From assembly GCA_049840735.1 (NCBI GenBank), contig JASGJN010000013.1:288001-352000 (forward strand): a stretch of DNA of 64,000 nt, in the 5' to 3' direction. The notes beneath the pieces were generated by a model, which saw only the letters and a program-made list of their open reading frames with translations, did no database searches and was not told the origin of the DNA. The number at the start of each line of letters is the position of its first letter. Positions within the stretch are counted from its first letter, which is position 1. This DNA is from Anaeromyxobacter sp. GTDB taxonomy: Bacteria; Myxococcota; Myxococcia; Myxococcales; Anaeromyxobacteraceae. Both the position numbers and the translations under genes were made by a program. Positions 14,542 to 24,907 of the stretch are shown one piece after another.

Positions 14542-16014
14542 CTACCTCCCCTCCCCTGTCCCCGTCGCCGCCGGTCCTGCGATCGGACCCGCCTGCGCCT
14601 CCGGCATCCCGCCCACGATCCGCTTCACCTGCTGCCCCGCCTGCAGCCGCGCTCCCGGCGCGACCCCGTTCACCAGCGCCAGCAGGTCCGGCGGCGCCGT
14701 CCCGCCCGGCTCCTTCGCCAGCTCCTCCACCGTCATGTCACGAGCCAGCGGCTGCACCTCGATCCGCGCCGGCTCCACCTCGCGCGCCGCGGGATCCGTG
14801 ATCGGCCCGTAGCTTCCCAGCACGCGCTCGAACTCCGCCTTGTGCGCGGCCGCCAGCTCCGTGGGGGTCAGCTGCACCACCTGCAGCGTCTCCTGCCCCG
14901 CCCGTACGTACGCGACCAGCCCGGCCACCGGGCCCTGCTTCGTCGCGGCCTGGAACCACGCCGCCGCGCCGCCCGCGGCCGGGGCCGGCGCACCCAGCGG
15001 CTTCACCCCCTCCTGCGCGAGGAACTTCTGCACCGCCTCCTCGGGCGCGATCCGACCGACGCCGGAGAGCTGCAGCCCCGCGTCCTGCTTCGGGCTCACC
15101 GCCACCAGCGCGGCGGGCATGTTCTGCACCTTCCAGCCGGACGGCAGCGTGAGCTGGAAGTCCAGGGCCGGGTGCACGAAGGTCTCGCCCTTCATGTATC
15201 CCTGGCGCGGGTCCTCGCCGAAGACCAGGCCGTCCACGCGGGCCAGGTACGCCTCGCGCCCCTCCACCTTCCCGGCGGCGGGCGCCTTCTGCGCGCGAGC
15301 CTGGGCCGTCTTGGCCCGGTCGCCGGGGTCGGGGTGCGTGGAGGCCCAGGTCGGCACCCGCCCGCCGCCGGCGCGCTTGGAGACGCCCTCGAGCATCTGG
15401 AAGGTCCGGGCCATGGCCTCCGGCGCGTAGCCGTGCTTCGTCATGTAGCCGAAGCCCAGCTCGTCGGCCTGCCGCTCGTCGTCCCGGCCGAACTTGAGGA
15501 ACAGGAGCTGCAGCCCGGCCCCGGCGGCCTGCCCGACCGACCGCATCCGCTCGCTCAGCACCATCCCCAGGCCCAGGCCGACCTCGGCCAGCTCGGCCTT
15601 GGAGAGCTGCTCCACCGAGTGACGCGCGGTCACGTGGCCGATCTCGTGCCCCAGCACGCCGGCCAGCTCGGCCTCCGAGCCCAGGTAGTCGAGCAGGCCC
15701 CGGGTGACGAAGATCGGCCCGCCGGGCAGCGCGAAGGCGTTGGGCGAGGGATCGTCCACCACCTCGAAGCTCCACGGCAGGTCCGGCCGCTCCGAGGCCT
15801 TCGCCAGCTTCATGCCGACCGCCGAGACGTAGGCCTGCAGCTGCGGGTCGTCCACCCGCGGCATGGTCTGCTCCACCTGGGCCTTGGACTGCTGGCCCAT
15901 GGCGATCTCCTGGTCCTTCGTGATCAGGGCCAGCTGCCGCTCACCGGTGGCCGGGTTCTTGACGCACCCGGCGAGGAGGAGCGCCGCAGCGACCCACCGC
16001 TTGCGCGTGCCCAT
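14542..16014 (-). CDS. M48-family zinc metalloprotease lipoprotein
   Basis: Lipobox 'LLAGC', 'NAFALPGG', 'GHEIGH', 'ERQADELG' and 'STHP'. Confidence 0.92.
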   Translation of the reverse strand: MGTRKRWVAAALLLAGCVKNPATGERQLALITKDQEIAMGQQSKAQVEQTMPRVDDPQLQAYVSAVGMKLAKASERPDLPWSFEVVDDPSPNAFALPGGPIFVTRGLLDYLGSEAELAGVLGHEIGHVTARHSVEQLSKAELAEVGLGLGMVLSERMRSVGQAAGAGLQLLFLKFGRDDERQADELGFGYMTKHGYAPEAMARTFQMLEGVSKRAGGGRVPTWASTHPDPGDRAKTAQARAQKAPAAGKVEGREAYLARVDGLVFGEDPRQGYMKGETFVHPALDFQLTLPSGWKVQNMPAALVAVSPKQDAGLQLSGVGRIAPEEAVQKFLAQEGVKPLGAPAPAAGGAAAWFQAATKQGPVAGLVAYVRAGQETLQVVQLTPTELAAAHKAEFERVLGSYGPITDPAAREVEPARIEVQPLARDMTVEELAKEPGGTAPPDLLALVNGVAPGARLQAGQQVKRIVGGMPEAQAGPIAGPAATGTGEGR

Positions 16015-16159
16015 GCCCCAAAGCTAGGTCGTGCCGGCGCAGGGCGGGGCTGGACGGTCAGGCGGGGCGGCGGCGGGCCGCTCACCCCATCGTCGTCTTT
16101 GCAGCGGCCGCCCGGGCCCGTCTCCGGGCCACGGGCGGCCTGGACCACGCCAGCGCCGG

Positions 16160-16885
16160 TCAGGACTCCGGATCCCGGCGCGTCAGGTCCTCGTCCGCCT
16201 CGCGGATGTCCCCTTCCTTCTCGACGTGGACCTCCTCGCGCCGCACGTCGGCGTCGGCGCGCCGCTCCTCCTGGCGGCGCGCCCGGGAGACCCGCACCTC
16301 CTCGCGGACCACCGGGCGCTTGCGGATCTCGACCTCCTCCTCGCGGACGGGCACGCTGACCGTGCCCTGCTGGAAGGCGGCCGCGTCGGCCGGCTGGCCT
16401 TCGGCCGGGACCCGCTCCACGTGCACCTCCTCGCGCGTCACCGGCACGGTCAGCTGCTTCTGCTCGGTGACCACCTCCTTGCGCACCTGCACGCGCCCCG
16501 CCTCGCGCTCGCGCTTCTCGGCCACCAGCTCCTCCTCCGCCACCGGGATGCGCGTCTCGTCCTGGCTGGTGGCGCCGAGGCCGGCGGCGGTCCCCTCGCG
16601 CAGCCGGTCCATGGTGCTGGCGCCCTCGCCGGAGGACAGCCCTCCGACCGAGGCTGCGCCGAGCCCGGTCTCGCCCGCTTCCCGGAGCGTGCCCGCCGGG
16701 ATGGCCAGGCGGACGTCATCGCCCTCCACCGCGCCCACCTGCTCGTAGCGGACCAGGTAGTCCTTGGGGAAGAAGAACCCCTTCTCGATGACGAAGTCGG
16801 CCGAGCCGCACTCGATCACCTTGCCCAGCTTCTCGCCGTCCGCGCTGTGGACGGTCATGCCCTCGCGTACGCCCCTCGTGTCCAT
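16160..16885 (-). CDS. YsnF/AvaK (DUF2382) stress protein with PRC-barrel-like N-terminus
   Basis: 'EGMTVHSADGEKLGKV', 'IPVAEEELVAEK', 'VPVREEEVEI.KRPVVREEV'. Own GGAGG SD. Confidence 0.85.
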   Translation of the reverse strand: MDTRGVREGMTVHSADGEKLGKVIECGSADFVIEKGFFFPKDYLVRYEQVGAVEGDDVRLAIPAGTLREAGETGLGAASVGGLSSGEGASTMDRLREGTAAGLGATSQDETRIPVAEEELVAEKREREAGRVQVRKEVVTEQKQLTVPVTREEVHVERVPAEGQPADAAAFQQGTVSVPVREEEVEIRKRPVVREEVRVSRARRQEERRADADVRREEVHVEKEGDIREADEDLTRRDPES

Positions 16886-16944
16886 GGCTTCCCTCCGTGT
16901 GGCCTCACCCTGCGAACGAGGCAGGCCCGCGACAACCGGGGGGC

Positions 16945-17758
16945 TCCAGCGTCCGGCGCGGCCCCCGCCCGCCAGCGCGTCGAGGGTGACGAAGGTGAAG
17001 CCGGCCGCCTTCCACCGCGCGACGATCTCAGGCACCGCGGCCGCGGTCTGATCGCGCCGCGGGTCGAGGCCCGGGGTGGCGCAGCCGTCGTGGAGCAGCA
17101 GGATCTCCCCGGCCCGCATGCGCCTGCAGGCCCGCGCGGCGATGGCGCCCGCCCCCGGCCGCTCGGTGTCGAAGACGCCGCGGGTCCACCCCACCAGCCG
17201 CAGCCCGCGCGCCCGCAGCGCCCGGCCCAGGAACGGGCCCCGGAAGCCGTGCGGCGCGCGGAAGAAGGGCGCCGGGGCCACGCCGGCCGCGCGCACCGCC
17301 GCGGCGCAGCGGTCCAGCTCGCGCGCCACCCGCGCCGGCCCGGCGGCGTGCAGCTTGGCGTGGGAGTCGCCGTGCAGCGCCACCAGGTGGCCGCGCCGGG
17401 CCACCTCCCGGACCAGGCCGGGCCTGCGCCGGGCCGCCTCGCCCAGCACGAAGAAGCTGGCCTTCACCCCCGCCTGGTCGAGCGCCGCCAGGACCGCCGG
17501 CGTGTCGCCCGAGGGGCCGTCGTCGAAGGTGAGCGCCACCCAGGGTCGGTCGCGCGGACCGCGGCGGAGCGAGCGCCCGGTGACGTCGAAGCGCACCCAG
17601 AGCGCCTGCAGCGCCGCCAGCCCTGCCCCCGCGGTCGCGGCCGCGAGCGCCAGCCCGGCGCCGGGGCGCCCCGCCCACGCCAGCCTCGCGGCCGTCCCCA
17701 GCAGGCCGGCGGCCAGGGCCAGCACCGCCGCCAGCAGCAGGCGCTTGCGGAGCGGCAT
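16945..17758 (-). CDS. Polysaccharide deacetylase (CE4/NodB); stop not seen, reads in frame into the YsnF gene
   Basis: 'VALTFDDGP', 'LHGDSH', 'FFRAPHG', 'ILLLHDG' and 'GFTFVTL'. The 3' end is approximate. Confidence 0.85.
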
Positions 17759-17762
17759 GGCC

Positions 17763-18874
17763 CTACCCGCGCGCGCCGATGGTCCGGTAGAGCCGGAGCA
17801 CCTCGCGCGCCACCGAGGGCCAGGCGTACCGCTCGGCCGTCATCCGGCCGCACTCGCCGTAGGCCACGGCGCGCCGCGGCTCGCGCGAGAGGCGCAGCAG
17901 GGCCCGGGCCCAGGCCGAGGGGTCCTCGGGCGGCAGGAGCTCCCCCTCGCGCCCGTGCTGCAGCACCTCCCGGAAGCCGTCGATGTCCGAGGCCAGCACC
18001 GCCTTGCCGGCGGCCATGGCCTCCAGCAGCGTCACGCCGAACGATGCGATGCGGGTGGGCGCGCAGTACACGTCGGCGGTGGCGAACCAGTCCTCGCGGT
18101 GCTCGACCACCCGCCCGGCGAAGACCACGTCCCCGGCCATCTCGCGCGGCACCATGGCCCGGTAACGCGGGAGGAGCGGGCCGTCGCCCACCACCAGCAG
18201 GCGCGCCGCCACCTGCCGCCAGACCCGCTGGAAGGCGGCCAGCAGCCGGTCCAGGCCGTTGCGCGGCTCCAGCCGCCCCACGAACAGCAGGTTGAGCTTG
18301 CCGTCCTCGTAGGCCCGGATCCGGCGCCCGCGCGAGAACCGCTCCACGTCCACGCCGTTGGGGATGATGCGGAAGTCGGCGTGGAGCCGGTCCTCGAACG
18401 CGCCCAGGCAGGCGCGCGAACCGCCACCGCGGCGTCGAGGCGGTCCAGGTAGCGCTGCAGCCGCGCCCCCAGCAGCCGGAAGAGCAGCCCAGGGCGGAAG
18501 TTGGTGTGGAAGGTGCCGACCAGCGGCGCGCGCGCGTAGTGGATGGCCAGCAGCGGGAGCACCGGCGTGAGCGGCGCGTGCACGTGGACGACGTCGAACC
18601 GCTCGCGCTCGAGCAGCGCGCGCATCTCCTGCCCCAGCCCCCGGCCGCCGGTGACCCGGCCGAAGCCGCCGTTCATGTAGACCGGCAGGCTGCGCCCCAG
18701 CCGGATCACGTCGCGGCTGGTCTCCGGCGCCTCAGGCCCCAGGTCGGGCATGCGGCTGGTGACGACCCGGACCGTGTGTCCCAGCCGCCGGGCCTCCCGG
18801 GCGAAGTGGAACACGTGCTCCTGGATCCCGCCCACGCTCGGGTAGAAGTACTCGGTCACCACGCCGATGCGCAC
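17763..18874 (-). CDS. GT4 glycosyltransferase (PimA-like); one frameshift near 18420
   Basis: 'VRIGVVTEYFYPSVGGIQEHV', 'LLFVGRLEPRNG' and 'SFGVTLLEAMAAG'. Confidence 0.88.
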
Positions 18875-18994
18875 GCGACCTCCCGGGCGCGCACCGCCGG
18901 GCGCGCGCCCTGGCAAGGTCTAAGCACGCTGCCCGGCGCGGGGCAGGCCCCAGGGGCGGGCGCCCGCACGCCCGGGCGCGGCGCCCGCCTCCGC

Positions 18995-19483
18995 TCAGTG
19001 GGCGTACTGCGCCGCCTCCTCGCGATCGCTCTCCAGGCCCTCCGGCCGGTGCCGCGACACCAGCACCGCGCACGGCGCCTCGCGCACCACCCGCTCGGCC
19101 ACCGAGCCCAGCAGCAGCCGCCCCAGGCCGTGGCGCCCCTTGGTCCCCACCACGATGAGCTGCATGGCGTTGTCGCGCGCGAAGCGCAGCAGCTCCTCCG
19201 CCACGCCGCCCTGCAGCAGGTGCCCCACCACCCGCCGGCCGAGGCGCGCCTCCGCCTCCTCGCACCACCCGTGCATCACCTCGTCCAGCTCGACCGCCTC
19301 GGCGCTCTGGGCGTCGGCCGGGCCGGCCAGCAGCGCGCCCGGCACCAGGGGGCCAGGCTGGTGGACGTGCACCAGGTCCAGCGACGCGTCCATGCGGGCG
19401 GCCACGTCCACCGCCTCGTCCAGCGCGTACCGGGAGGCCTGGCTGAAATCCAGCCCGCAGCAGATCCGCTTCCACTCGGCCAT
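18995..19483 (-). CDS. Universal stress protein
   Basis: 'KRICCGLDFS' and 'LIVVGTKGRHGLGRLLLGSVAERVVREAPCAVLV'. Confidence 0.92.
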   Translation of the reverse strand: MAEWKRICCGLDFSQASRYALDEAVDVAARMDASLDLVHVHQPGPLVPGALLAGPADAQSAEAVELDEVMHGWCEEAEARLGRRVVGHLLQGGVAEELLRFARDNAMQLIVVGTKGRHGLGRLLLGSVAERVVREAPCAVLVSRHRPEGLESDREEAAQYAH

Positions 19484-19827
19484 CGCGCACCTCCTCGCTC
19501 GAGGGCGCCCGGTGCGGCTCGCGGTTCGGCGCCGTCCGCGCGCGCCGGGTCCACGCTGGGATCGTACGCCGGCGCGGGGCGACCGAATCCCCGCCAGGTG
19601 GGGAGCCGCGAGCGGAGCAACCCGGATCGCGAGCGCCAGTCCCACGCCCGCGGGTCGTCGCAGCCCCGCGCAGCGCGAAGCGATCGCACACCCGCCCACC
19701 TGCACCCCCGCCCACCGGGCCTGACCGGGACTCGCGGCGCGCGACCGTGCGCCCGGGACCCGCGAGGGCCGCGCGCAAGCGGGCGCGCGAGGCATAGAGT
19801 CCGCCGTCCCAAACGTTTGGCCCCTGG

Positions 19828-20211
19828 ATGATCTCCGCTTCCGGATCCCCGCCCAGCCCCACGGTCCTGGTCGTCGATGACGACACCGACCTCCGCGACA
19901 CGCTCGGCGAGCTGCTCGTCGAGGAGGGCTATGACGCCCAGACCTGCGAGAACGGCCAGGCCGCCCTGGCCCGCCTGCGCGAGGGTGGGCTCTCGCCGCG
20001 GCTCATCCTGCTCGACCTGATGATGCCGGTCATGAACGGCTGGCAGTTCCGGGAGCAGCAGCTGCAGGACGCGCGCCTGCGCGAGATCCCGGTGGTGGTG
20101 ATGACCGCCAGCCGCGGGCTCGACGGCGCGCCGCTGCGGGCGCAGGAGATCCTCTACAAGCCGGTCGGCCTGGGCGAGCTGCTCGACGCGGTGGAGCGCA
20201 ACCTCCGCTGA
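19828..20211 (+). CDS. Single-domain response regulator
   Basis: 'VLVVDDD', 'ILLDLMMPVMNG' and 'KP'. Confidence 0.92.
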   Translation: MISASGSPPSPTVLVVDDDTDLRDTLGELLVEEGYDAQTCENGQAALARLREGGLSPRLILLDLMMPVMNGWQFREQQLQDARLREIPVVVMTASRGLDGAPLRAQEILYKPVGLGELLDAVERNLR

Positions 20212-20258
20212 CCGGTGCGTGATAGAAGCTCGGGCCGCGGGCGCGCCCCGCCCCGCCC

Positions 20259-21017
20259 ATGCCCGACCTCACCTCCCCCGCCGCCCTGCTCCCGCTCCTG
20301 GCCGTGGCCTTCGTGGCCGGGACGGTGGACGCCATCGCCGGCGGCGGCGGCCTGCTCTCGCTGCCGGCGCTGCTCTGGAGCGGGCTCCCCCCGCACGCGG
20401 CCCTGGCGACCAACAAGGGCCAGTCGATCTTCGGCACCGCCACGGCCCTGACGCGCTACGCCCGCGCCGGCCTGGTGGACGGAGCGCGGGCGCGGGTGGC
20501 GTTCCCGCTCGGCCTGGCCGGCTCGCTGGGGGGCGCGCTGCTGGTCCTGCTGGTGCCGCCGGCGTCGCTCCGGCCGCTGGTGCTGGTGCTGCTGGCCGCG
20601 GCCGCGCTCTTCGTGGCGCTGCGGCGGACGCCGGCCGTCGCGCCCGCGCCGCCTCGCCGCGCGGTGGCGCTGGCCGGGCTGATCGCGCTCTGCGTCGGCG
20701 CCTACGACGGGTTCTTCGGGCCCGGCACCGGCACCTTCCTGATCGTCGCCTTCGTGGCCGTGCTGGGCGACCCGCTCACGCGCGCCTCCGCCGACGCCAA
20801 GGTGGTCAACTTCGCCTCCAACCTGGCCGCGGTGCTGATCTTCTCCTCGCGCGGCCTGGTGCTCTGGCGCGTGGCGCTCCCCATGGCCTGCGCCCAGCTG
20901 GCCGGGGGTTGGCTCGGCGCGCACCTCACCATCCGCCGCGGCGACGGCCTGGTCCGCTCGGCGGTGGTGGTGGTGTCGCTGTGCCTGGCGGCCAAGCTGG
21001 CCTGGGACATGCGGTAG
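20259..21017 (+). CDS. TSUP/TauE-family transporter (YfcA-like)
   Basis: 'VDAIAGGGGL', 'ALATNK' and 'YDGFFGPGTGTF'. Confidence 0.9.
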   Translation: MPDLTSPAALLPLLAVAFVAGTVDAIAGGGGLLSLPALLWSGLPPHAALATNKGQSIFGTATALTRYARAGLVDGARARVAFPLGLAGSLGGALLVLLVPPASLRPLVLVLLAAAALFVALRRTPAVAPAPPRRAVALAGLIALCVGAYDGFFGPGTGTFLIVAFVAVLGDPLTRASADAKVVNFASNLAAVLIFSSRGLVLWRVALPMACAQLAGGWLGAHLTIRRGDGLVRSAVVVVSLCLAAKLAWDMR

Positions 21018-21036
21018 GGCAGCGGCTGCTCGCCCG

Positions 21037-21219
21037 TCAGTCGCCCGACGGCTCGTCGCCGCGCTCCGCCTCGCCGCCCGGATCCGGCGCCTGGCGCTCG
21101 CGCTCGACCGCCGCCTCCTCCCCGGTCCCGAAGTAGCCCTCGTCGTACGGCTCGCGGGTGGGCGGCAGGTCGGTCCTGGGGGTGTCGCCGCGCTCCTGCG
21201 GCTTGGGTGGGTTGGCCAT
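21037..21219 (-). CDS. Small acidic hypothetical protein (60 aa)
   Basis: [12 protein letters not shown] before ATG. Fills the gap between the TSUP gene and ku. Confidence 0.65.
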   Translation of the reverse strand: MANPPKPQERGDTPRTDLPPTREPYDEGYFGTGEEAAVERERQAPDPGGEAERGDEPSGD

Positions 21220-21321
21220 GGGGCTCCTCCTCCCGGGAAGGTGGAGCGCCCCGCCCGCCGCGTGAAGCGCACCCGCGTTGCCGCGCCGCCCCGCCGGACC
21301 GAACGTTGGCCCGGGGGTGCC

Positions 21322-22218
21322 ATGGCGCGCGCCATCTGGAGCGGAGCGCTGGCCTTCGGGCTGGTCAACATCCCGGTGAAGCTCTTCACCGCGGTGTCGC
21401 AGAAGGAGGTCCACTTCGACATGCTCCACGGGAAGGACGGCGCGCGCATCCAGCTGCGCCGGTTCTGCTCGGCGGAGGAGCGCGAGGTCCCCTACGAGGA
21501 GATCGTGAAGGGGTACGAGGTCTCGCCGCGACGCTACGTGACGGTCTCGCGCGAGGAGCTGGAGGCGTTCGACCCCAAGGGCACGCGCACGGTGGAGATC
21601 CACGACTTCGTGGAGCTGGCCTCCATCGACCCGGTCTTCTTCGAGCAGACCTACTACCTGGTCCCGGAGCCCACCGCCGCCCGCGCCTACGCGCTGCTGC
21701 GCGAGGCCATGCGCCGCGCCGGCAAGGTGGCCATCGCCACGGCGGTGCTGCGCACCCGCGAGTCGCTCTGCTGCGTCCGCCCCTCGGGCGACGCCCTGGC
21801 GCTGGCCACCATGAACCGCCAGGACGAGGTGGTGCCGGTGTCCAGCCTGGAGCTGCCGGCCGCCCCGGCGCCGTCCGACCGCGAGCTGCACATGGCCGAG
21901 CAGCTGGTCGGCTCCCTCACCGGACCCTTCGATCCGGCGCGCTACCCCGACCTGCGCCGCGCCCGCGTGCTGGAGCTCATCGAGCGCAAGGCCGAGGGGC
22001 AGGCCATCGAGTCCCCCGAGGCGGAGGCGCCCCGGGCCGAGGTGGTGAGCCTGGCCGACGCGCTCTCGGCCAGCCTGGCGGCCGCCCGCCGGCGCACCCC
22101 CGAGTCGCCGGCGCCCGCGCGCGCCGAGCCGGCCCCGGCCCGCCCCGCCCGCGGCGAGCGGCGCCGCCCGGCCGCGGCGGCCGCCCGCTCGGCCGGCCGC
22201 CGCCGGAAGAAGCGCTGA
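21322..22218 (+). CDS. ku: Ku protein (non-homologous end joining)
   Basis: 'MARAIWSGALAFGLVNIPVKL', 'EIVKGYE', 'YYLVP', 'AYALLREAM' and a basic tail. Confidence 0.95.
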   Translation: MARAIWSGALAFGLVNIPVKLFTAVSQKEVHFDMLHGKDGARIQLRRFCSAEEREVPYEEIVKGYEVSPRRYVTVSREELEAFDPKGTRTVEIHDFVELASIDPVFFEQTYYLVPEPTAARAYALLREAMRRAGKVAIATAVLRTRESLCCVRPSGDALALATMNRQDEVVPVSSLELPAAPAPSDRELHMAEQLVGSLTGPFDPARYPDLRRARVLELIERKAEGQAIESPEAEAPRAEVVSLADALSASLAAARRRTPESPAPARAEPAPARPARGERRRPAAAAARSAGRRRKKR

Positions 22219-22345
22219 CGTGGTCGGCCGTTCCAGCCGGACTCCAGGGAGCGGGACGGGCGGCGCAGCCCCCCGTGTGATCGGGCTGCGCTCGGGCGGG
22301 CGCGAGCGCACCTTCACGTCACGTCGTGCTGGGAGGGGGAGAGCC

Positions 22346-22783
22346 ATGGAGACGCACCGTCCGGGGGAAGCCACCCGTCCAGCGCCGGGGCCGGAGGACC
22401 GGCTGCGCGGCCTGCCGACCCGTGACCTGGTCACGGAGCTGGCGAAGAAGGCCTCCGCGCTGGCCCGCAAGGAGGTGGAGCTGGCCAAGGCCGAGCTGCG
22501 CCACGACCTGCGCGCCGAGGTGAAGATGGCCAGCGGCCTGGGCGTGGCCGGGCTGTGCGCCATCCTGACGCTGCAGCTGATGCTCACCGCGCTGGTGCTG
22601 GCGCTGATGGAGGCCGGGGTGCTGCCGGGCTGGGCGGCGGCGCTGATCGTGGGGGCGGTGGTGCTGGCCATCGGGACCGGCGTGGGGCTGTGGGGCTGGG
22701 CGCGGCGCGTGCGGCAGCCGCTGGGGACCACCCGCGACTCGCTGCAGCGAAACGTGCGCTGGGCCAAGGAGCAGATCGCGTGA
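22346..22783 (+). CDS. Membrane protein, Phage_holin_3_6/DUF1469-like
   Basis: 'LARKEVELAKAEL', two TM helices, then 'PLGTTRDSL..NVRWAKE'. Confidence 0.8.
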   Translation: METHRPGEATRPAPGPEDRLRGLPTRDLVTELAKKASALARKEVELAKAELRHDLRAEVKMASGLGVAGLCAILTLQLMLTALVLALMEAGVLPGWAAALIVGAVVLAIGTGVGLWGWARRVRQPLGTTRDSLQRNVRWAKEQIA

Positions 22784-23199
22784 AGGACGGATCCCCGCAG
22801 GTGGTGCAGCGCGTGACAGGCGAGATCGACTCGCTCCGCGCCGAGCTGGGCACGCTGGTGGCGGAGCTGGACCGGCGGCGCCACGAGCTGTTCGACGTCC
22901 GCCAGCAGCTGGCCAAGCACCCGGTGGCGGTGCTGGTGGCCGCCGGCGCGGCCGCGCTGGCGCTGGGCGCGGTGGTGGCGGTGGCGGTGCGGCGGAGGCA
23001 GCGGCAGCGCCGGCCGGCCACGCGCGTGCGCGAGGCGCGCCGGGCCCTGGCGCGGCTGCTGCACCACCCGGACCGCGTGGCCGCCGAGCCGAGCGTGACG
23101 GCCAGGATCATGGCGGCGGTCGGGACCGCCGCAGGCGCGGCCCTGGCCCGCCGGGCCGTCGAGCGGCTGATGACGAAGCCCGGCTCCGCGCGCGCCTGA
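22780..23199 (+). CDS. Hypothetical membrane protein (DUF3618-like)
   Basis: GTGA overlap. 'EIDSLRAELGTLVAELDRR' then 'KHPVAV' and a TM helix. Confidence 0.7.
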   Translation: MKDGSPQVVQRVTGEIDSLRAELGTLVAELDRRRHELFDVRQQLAKHPVAVLVAAGAAALALGAVVAVAVRRRQRQRRPATRVREARRALARLLHHPDRVAAEPSVTARIMAAVGTAAGAALARRAVERLMTKPGSARA

Positions 23200-23282
23200 G
23201 CGCCCGGGCGCCCGCCCTCCTCCCCGCCTGCCCCGCCTCGCCGCGGGGCCGGGGCCAGATTGACGCCCAAGGAGGAGACCCG

Positions 23283-23760
23283 ATGGAACGCATCGAGAAG
23301 AGCATCGAGGTGGAGAAGCCGCTCCGGACCGTCTACGACCAGTGGACGCAGTTCGAGGACTTCCCGCGCTTCATGGAAGGCGTCGAGGAGGTGCACCAGA
23401 TCGACGACCGGACGCTCCACTGGATCGCCAAGGTGGCGGGCAAGCGCGAGGAGTGGGAGGCGCAGATCATCCAGCAGGTGCCCGACCAGCAGATCGCCTG
23501 GCGCCACACCGCGGGCGCCATCAACTCAGGCGTGGTGACCTTCACCCCGCTGGCCGGCGATCGCTGCCGCGTGACCCTGGCCATGGAACACCTGCCGGAG
23601 GGGTTCGTGGAGAAGGTGGGCGACGCGCTGGGGTTCGTCTCGCGGCGCGTCGAGGGCGACCTGCAGCGCTTCAAGAAGTTCATCGAGGAGCGCGGGGCCG
23701 AGAACCGGCGCCTGGCGCGGCGAGCTGCACCCAGGCCCGGATCCGCACGCCGGGGTGTGA
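23283..23760 (+). CDS. SRPBCC/polyketide cyclase-family protein (frameshift near 23703)
   Basis: 'TVYDQWTQFEDFPRFMEGV' and 'GDLQRFKKFIE'. Removing one A restores 'ETGAWRGE' and a stop at 23760. Confidence 0.88.
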
Positions 23761-23763
23761 GCC

Positions 23764-24783
23764 CTACCAGCGCGCGCGGTGGTCCTCGACCACGCCCGGC
23801 AGCCCGGCGACGGCCACCACGCCGCCGCCGGGCGCGGGCAGCGCGCCCTCGAAGGTGCCGGCCACCTGCGTGAAGCGCGTGGACAGGAGCCCGAGCTCGC
23901 GCACCTCGCGGTGGCGCGCCGCCGGCGTGAACACCAGCCGCAGCCGCTCCCCCTCCAACGTCCACGGCTGCAGTGGGGCGGTCCGGTCGAAGGTGAACCG
24001 GACCGGCGGCAGGCGCGCGGGACCGGGCCGGAGCAGCGCGTTCTCCCCCGGCGCGTCCGGCGGCAGGCCGAACCCCTCGCACAGGTTGAAGGCCACCGGC
24101 GCGCCGCCGGCGGCGCGGCCGGTCCCGAAGGCCCAGCGCCAGTCGGTCTCGCGCGCCAGCAGCCCGGCGGTGAAGTCCACGCCCCCGCTGCCGCCGGCCA
24201 GCGTGAAGCTGCGCCCGCCGGCCCTGAGCGTCCCCTCCACCGGCAGGCCGCCCACCTTCTGCGTGAGCCGCGGCCCCGCGCCTGGCACCGGCGCCAGCAG
24301 CGTGAACGGCGGCGGCGCCCCGGCCGCGTCCAGCCAGGCCTCCAGCTCCAGCCCGGCCGACGCGATCTCCAGCCGGTAGCGATCCGCCGGGCGGGTCAGC
24401 TCGACGCGGAGGCCGCCGCCGCTCCAGCGCGCCGCCAGGCCCGCCGCCGGTCGATCCGCCACCGAGGCCTGCAGCCGCGGCAGGCCGGCCGCGGAGCGCT
24501 CCGCCAGGACCGCCCCGGTGGCCAGGTCGGCGGCCCACACGAACGCGCCGCCGAACCAGCCCGCCTCCACCACCGCGGCGCCCACCAGCGCCGCGTCGGT
24601 AGCGACGAGCGCGTAGACCCAGCGCTTGGCCTGGGCCGCGCCCTCGAACCGCCCCGCCAGCCCGGGGCGCGCCAGCCGCTCCAGGCCGACCCGCTGCAGC
24701 GCGCCGGCGAAGGCGCCGAGCCGGGGCCGGCCGCTGGGGTCGAGGAGGTCCTGGGGGGCCGGCGGCAGCGGGGCGTCGGGCAT
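23764..24783 (-). CDS. DUF2804-like protein
   Basis: 'KRWVY', 'DFTAGLLARETDWRWAFG', 'GENAL' and C-terminal 'GVVEDHRARW'. Confidence 0.75.
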   Translation of the reverse strand: MPDAPLPPAPQDLLDPSGRPRLGAFAGALQRVGLERLARPGLAGRFEGAAQAKRWVYALVATDAALVGAAVVEAGWFGGAFVWAADLATGAVLAERSAAGLPRLQASVADRPAAGLAARWSGGGLRVELTRPADRYRLEIASAGLELEAWLDAAGAPPPFTLLAPVPGAGPRLTQKVGGLPVEGTLRAGGRSFTLAGGSGGVDFTAGLLARETDWRWAFGTGRAAGGAPVAFNLCEGFGLPPDAPGENALLRPGPARLPPVRFTFDRTAPLQPWTLEGERLRLVFTPAARHREVRELGLLSTRFTQVAGTFEGALPAPGGGVVAVAGLPGVVEDHRARW

Positions 24784-24837
24784 GGGCGGATGCTACGCGC
24801 CCGCGCGCGGGCGGGCGGAGGACTGCCGGGGCGCGCC

Positions 24838-24875
24838 GAAAAGGGAAGCGGGGGTGAGCCAGCGCTCACCCCCGC
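24838..24875 (-). terminator. Rho-independent terminator of lpxC
   Basis: Perfect 12-bp stem GCGGGGGTGAGC/GCTCACCCCCGC with a 4-nt loop, followed on the minus strand by TTCCCTTTT. Confidence 0.8.
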
Positions 24876-24907
24876 CCGTGTCTCCCGAGGTACGCCTTGC
24901 TTCCTGG

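Noticed and set aside
16160..17758. Apparent polysaccharide deacetylase-YsnF fusion (532 aa)
   Set aside because: The linker looks like intergenic sequence and YsnF has a strong SD. A one-base change near 16946 (TGGAG to TGAG) would give a stop.
22346..22783. Prophage suggested by a holin-family gene
   Set aside because: This family is commonly chromosomal, and there are no endolysin, structural or integrase genes nearby.
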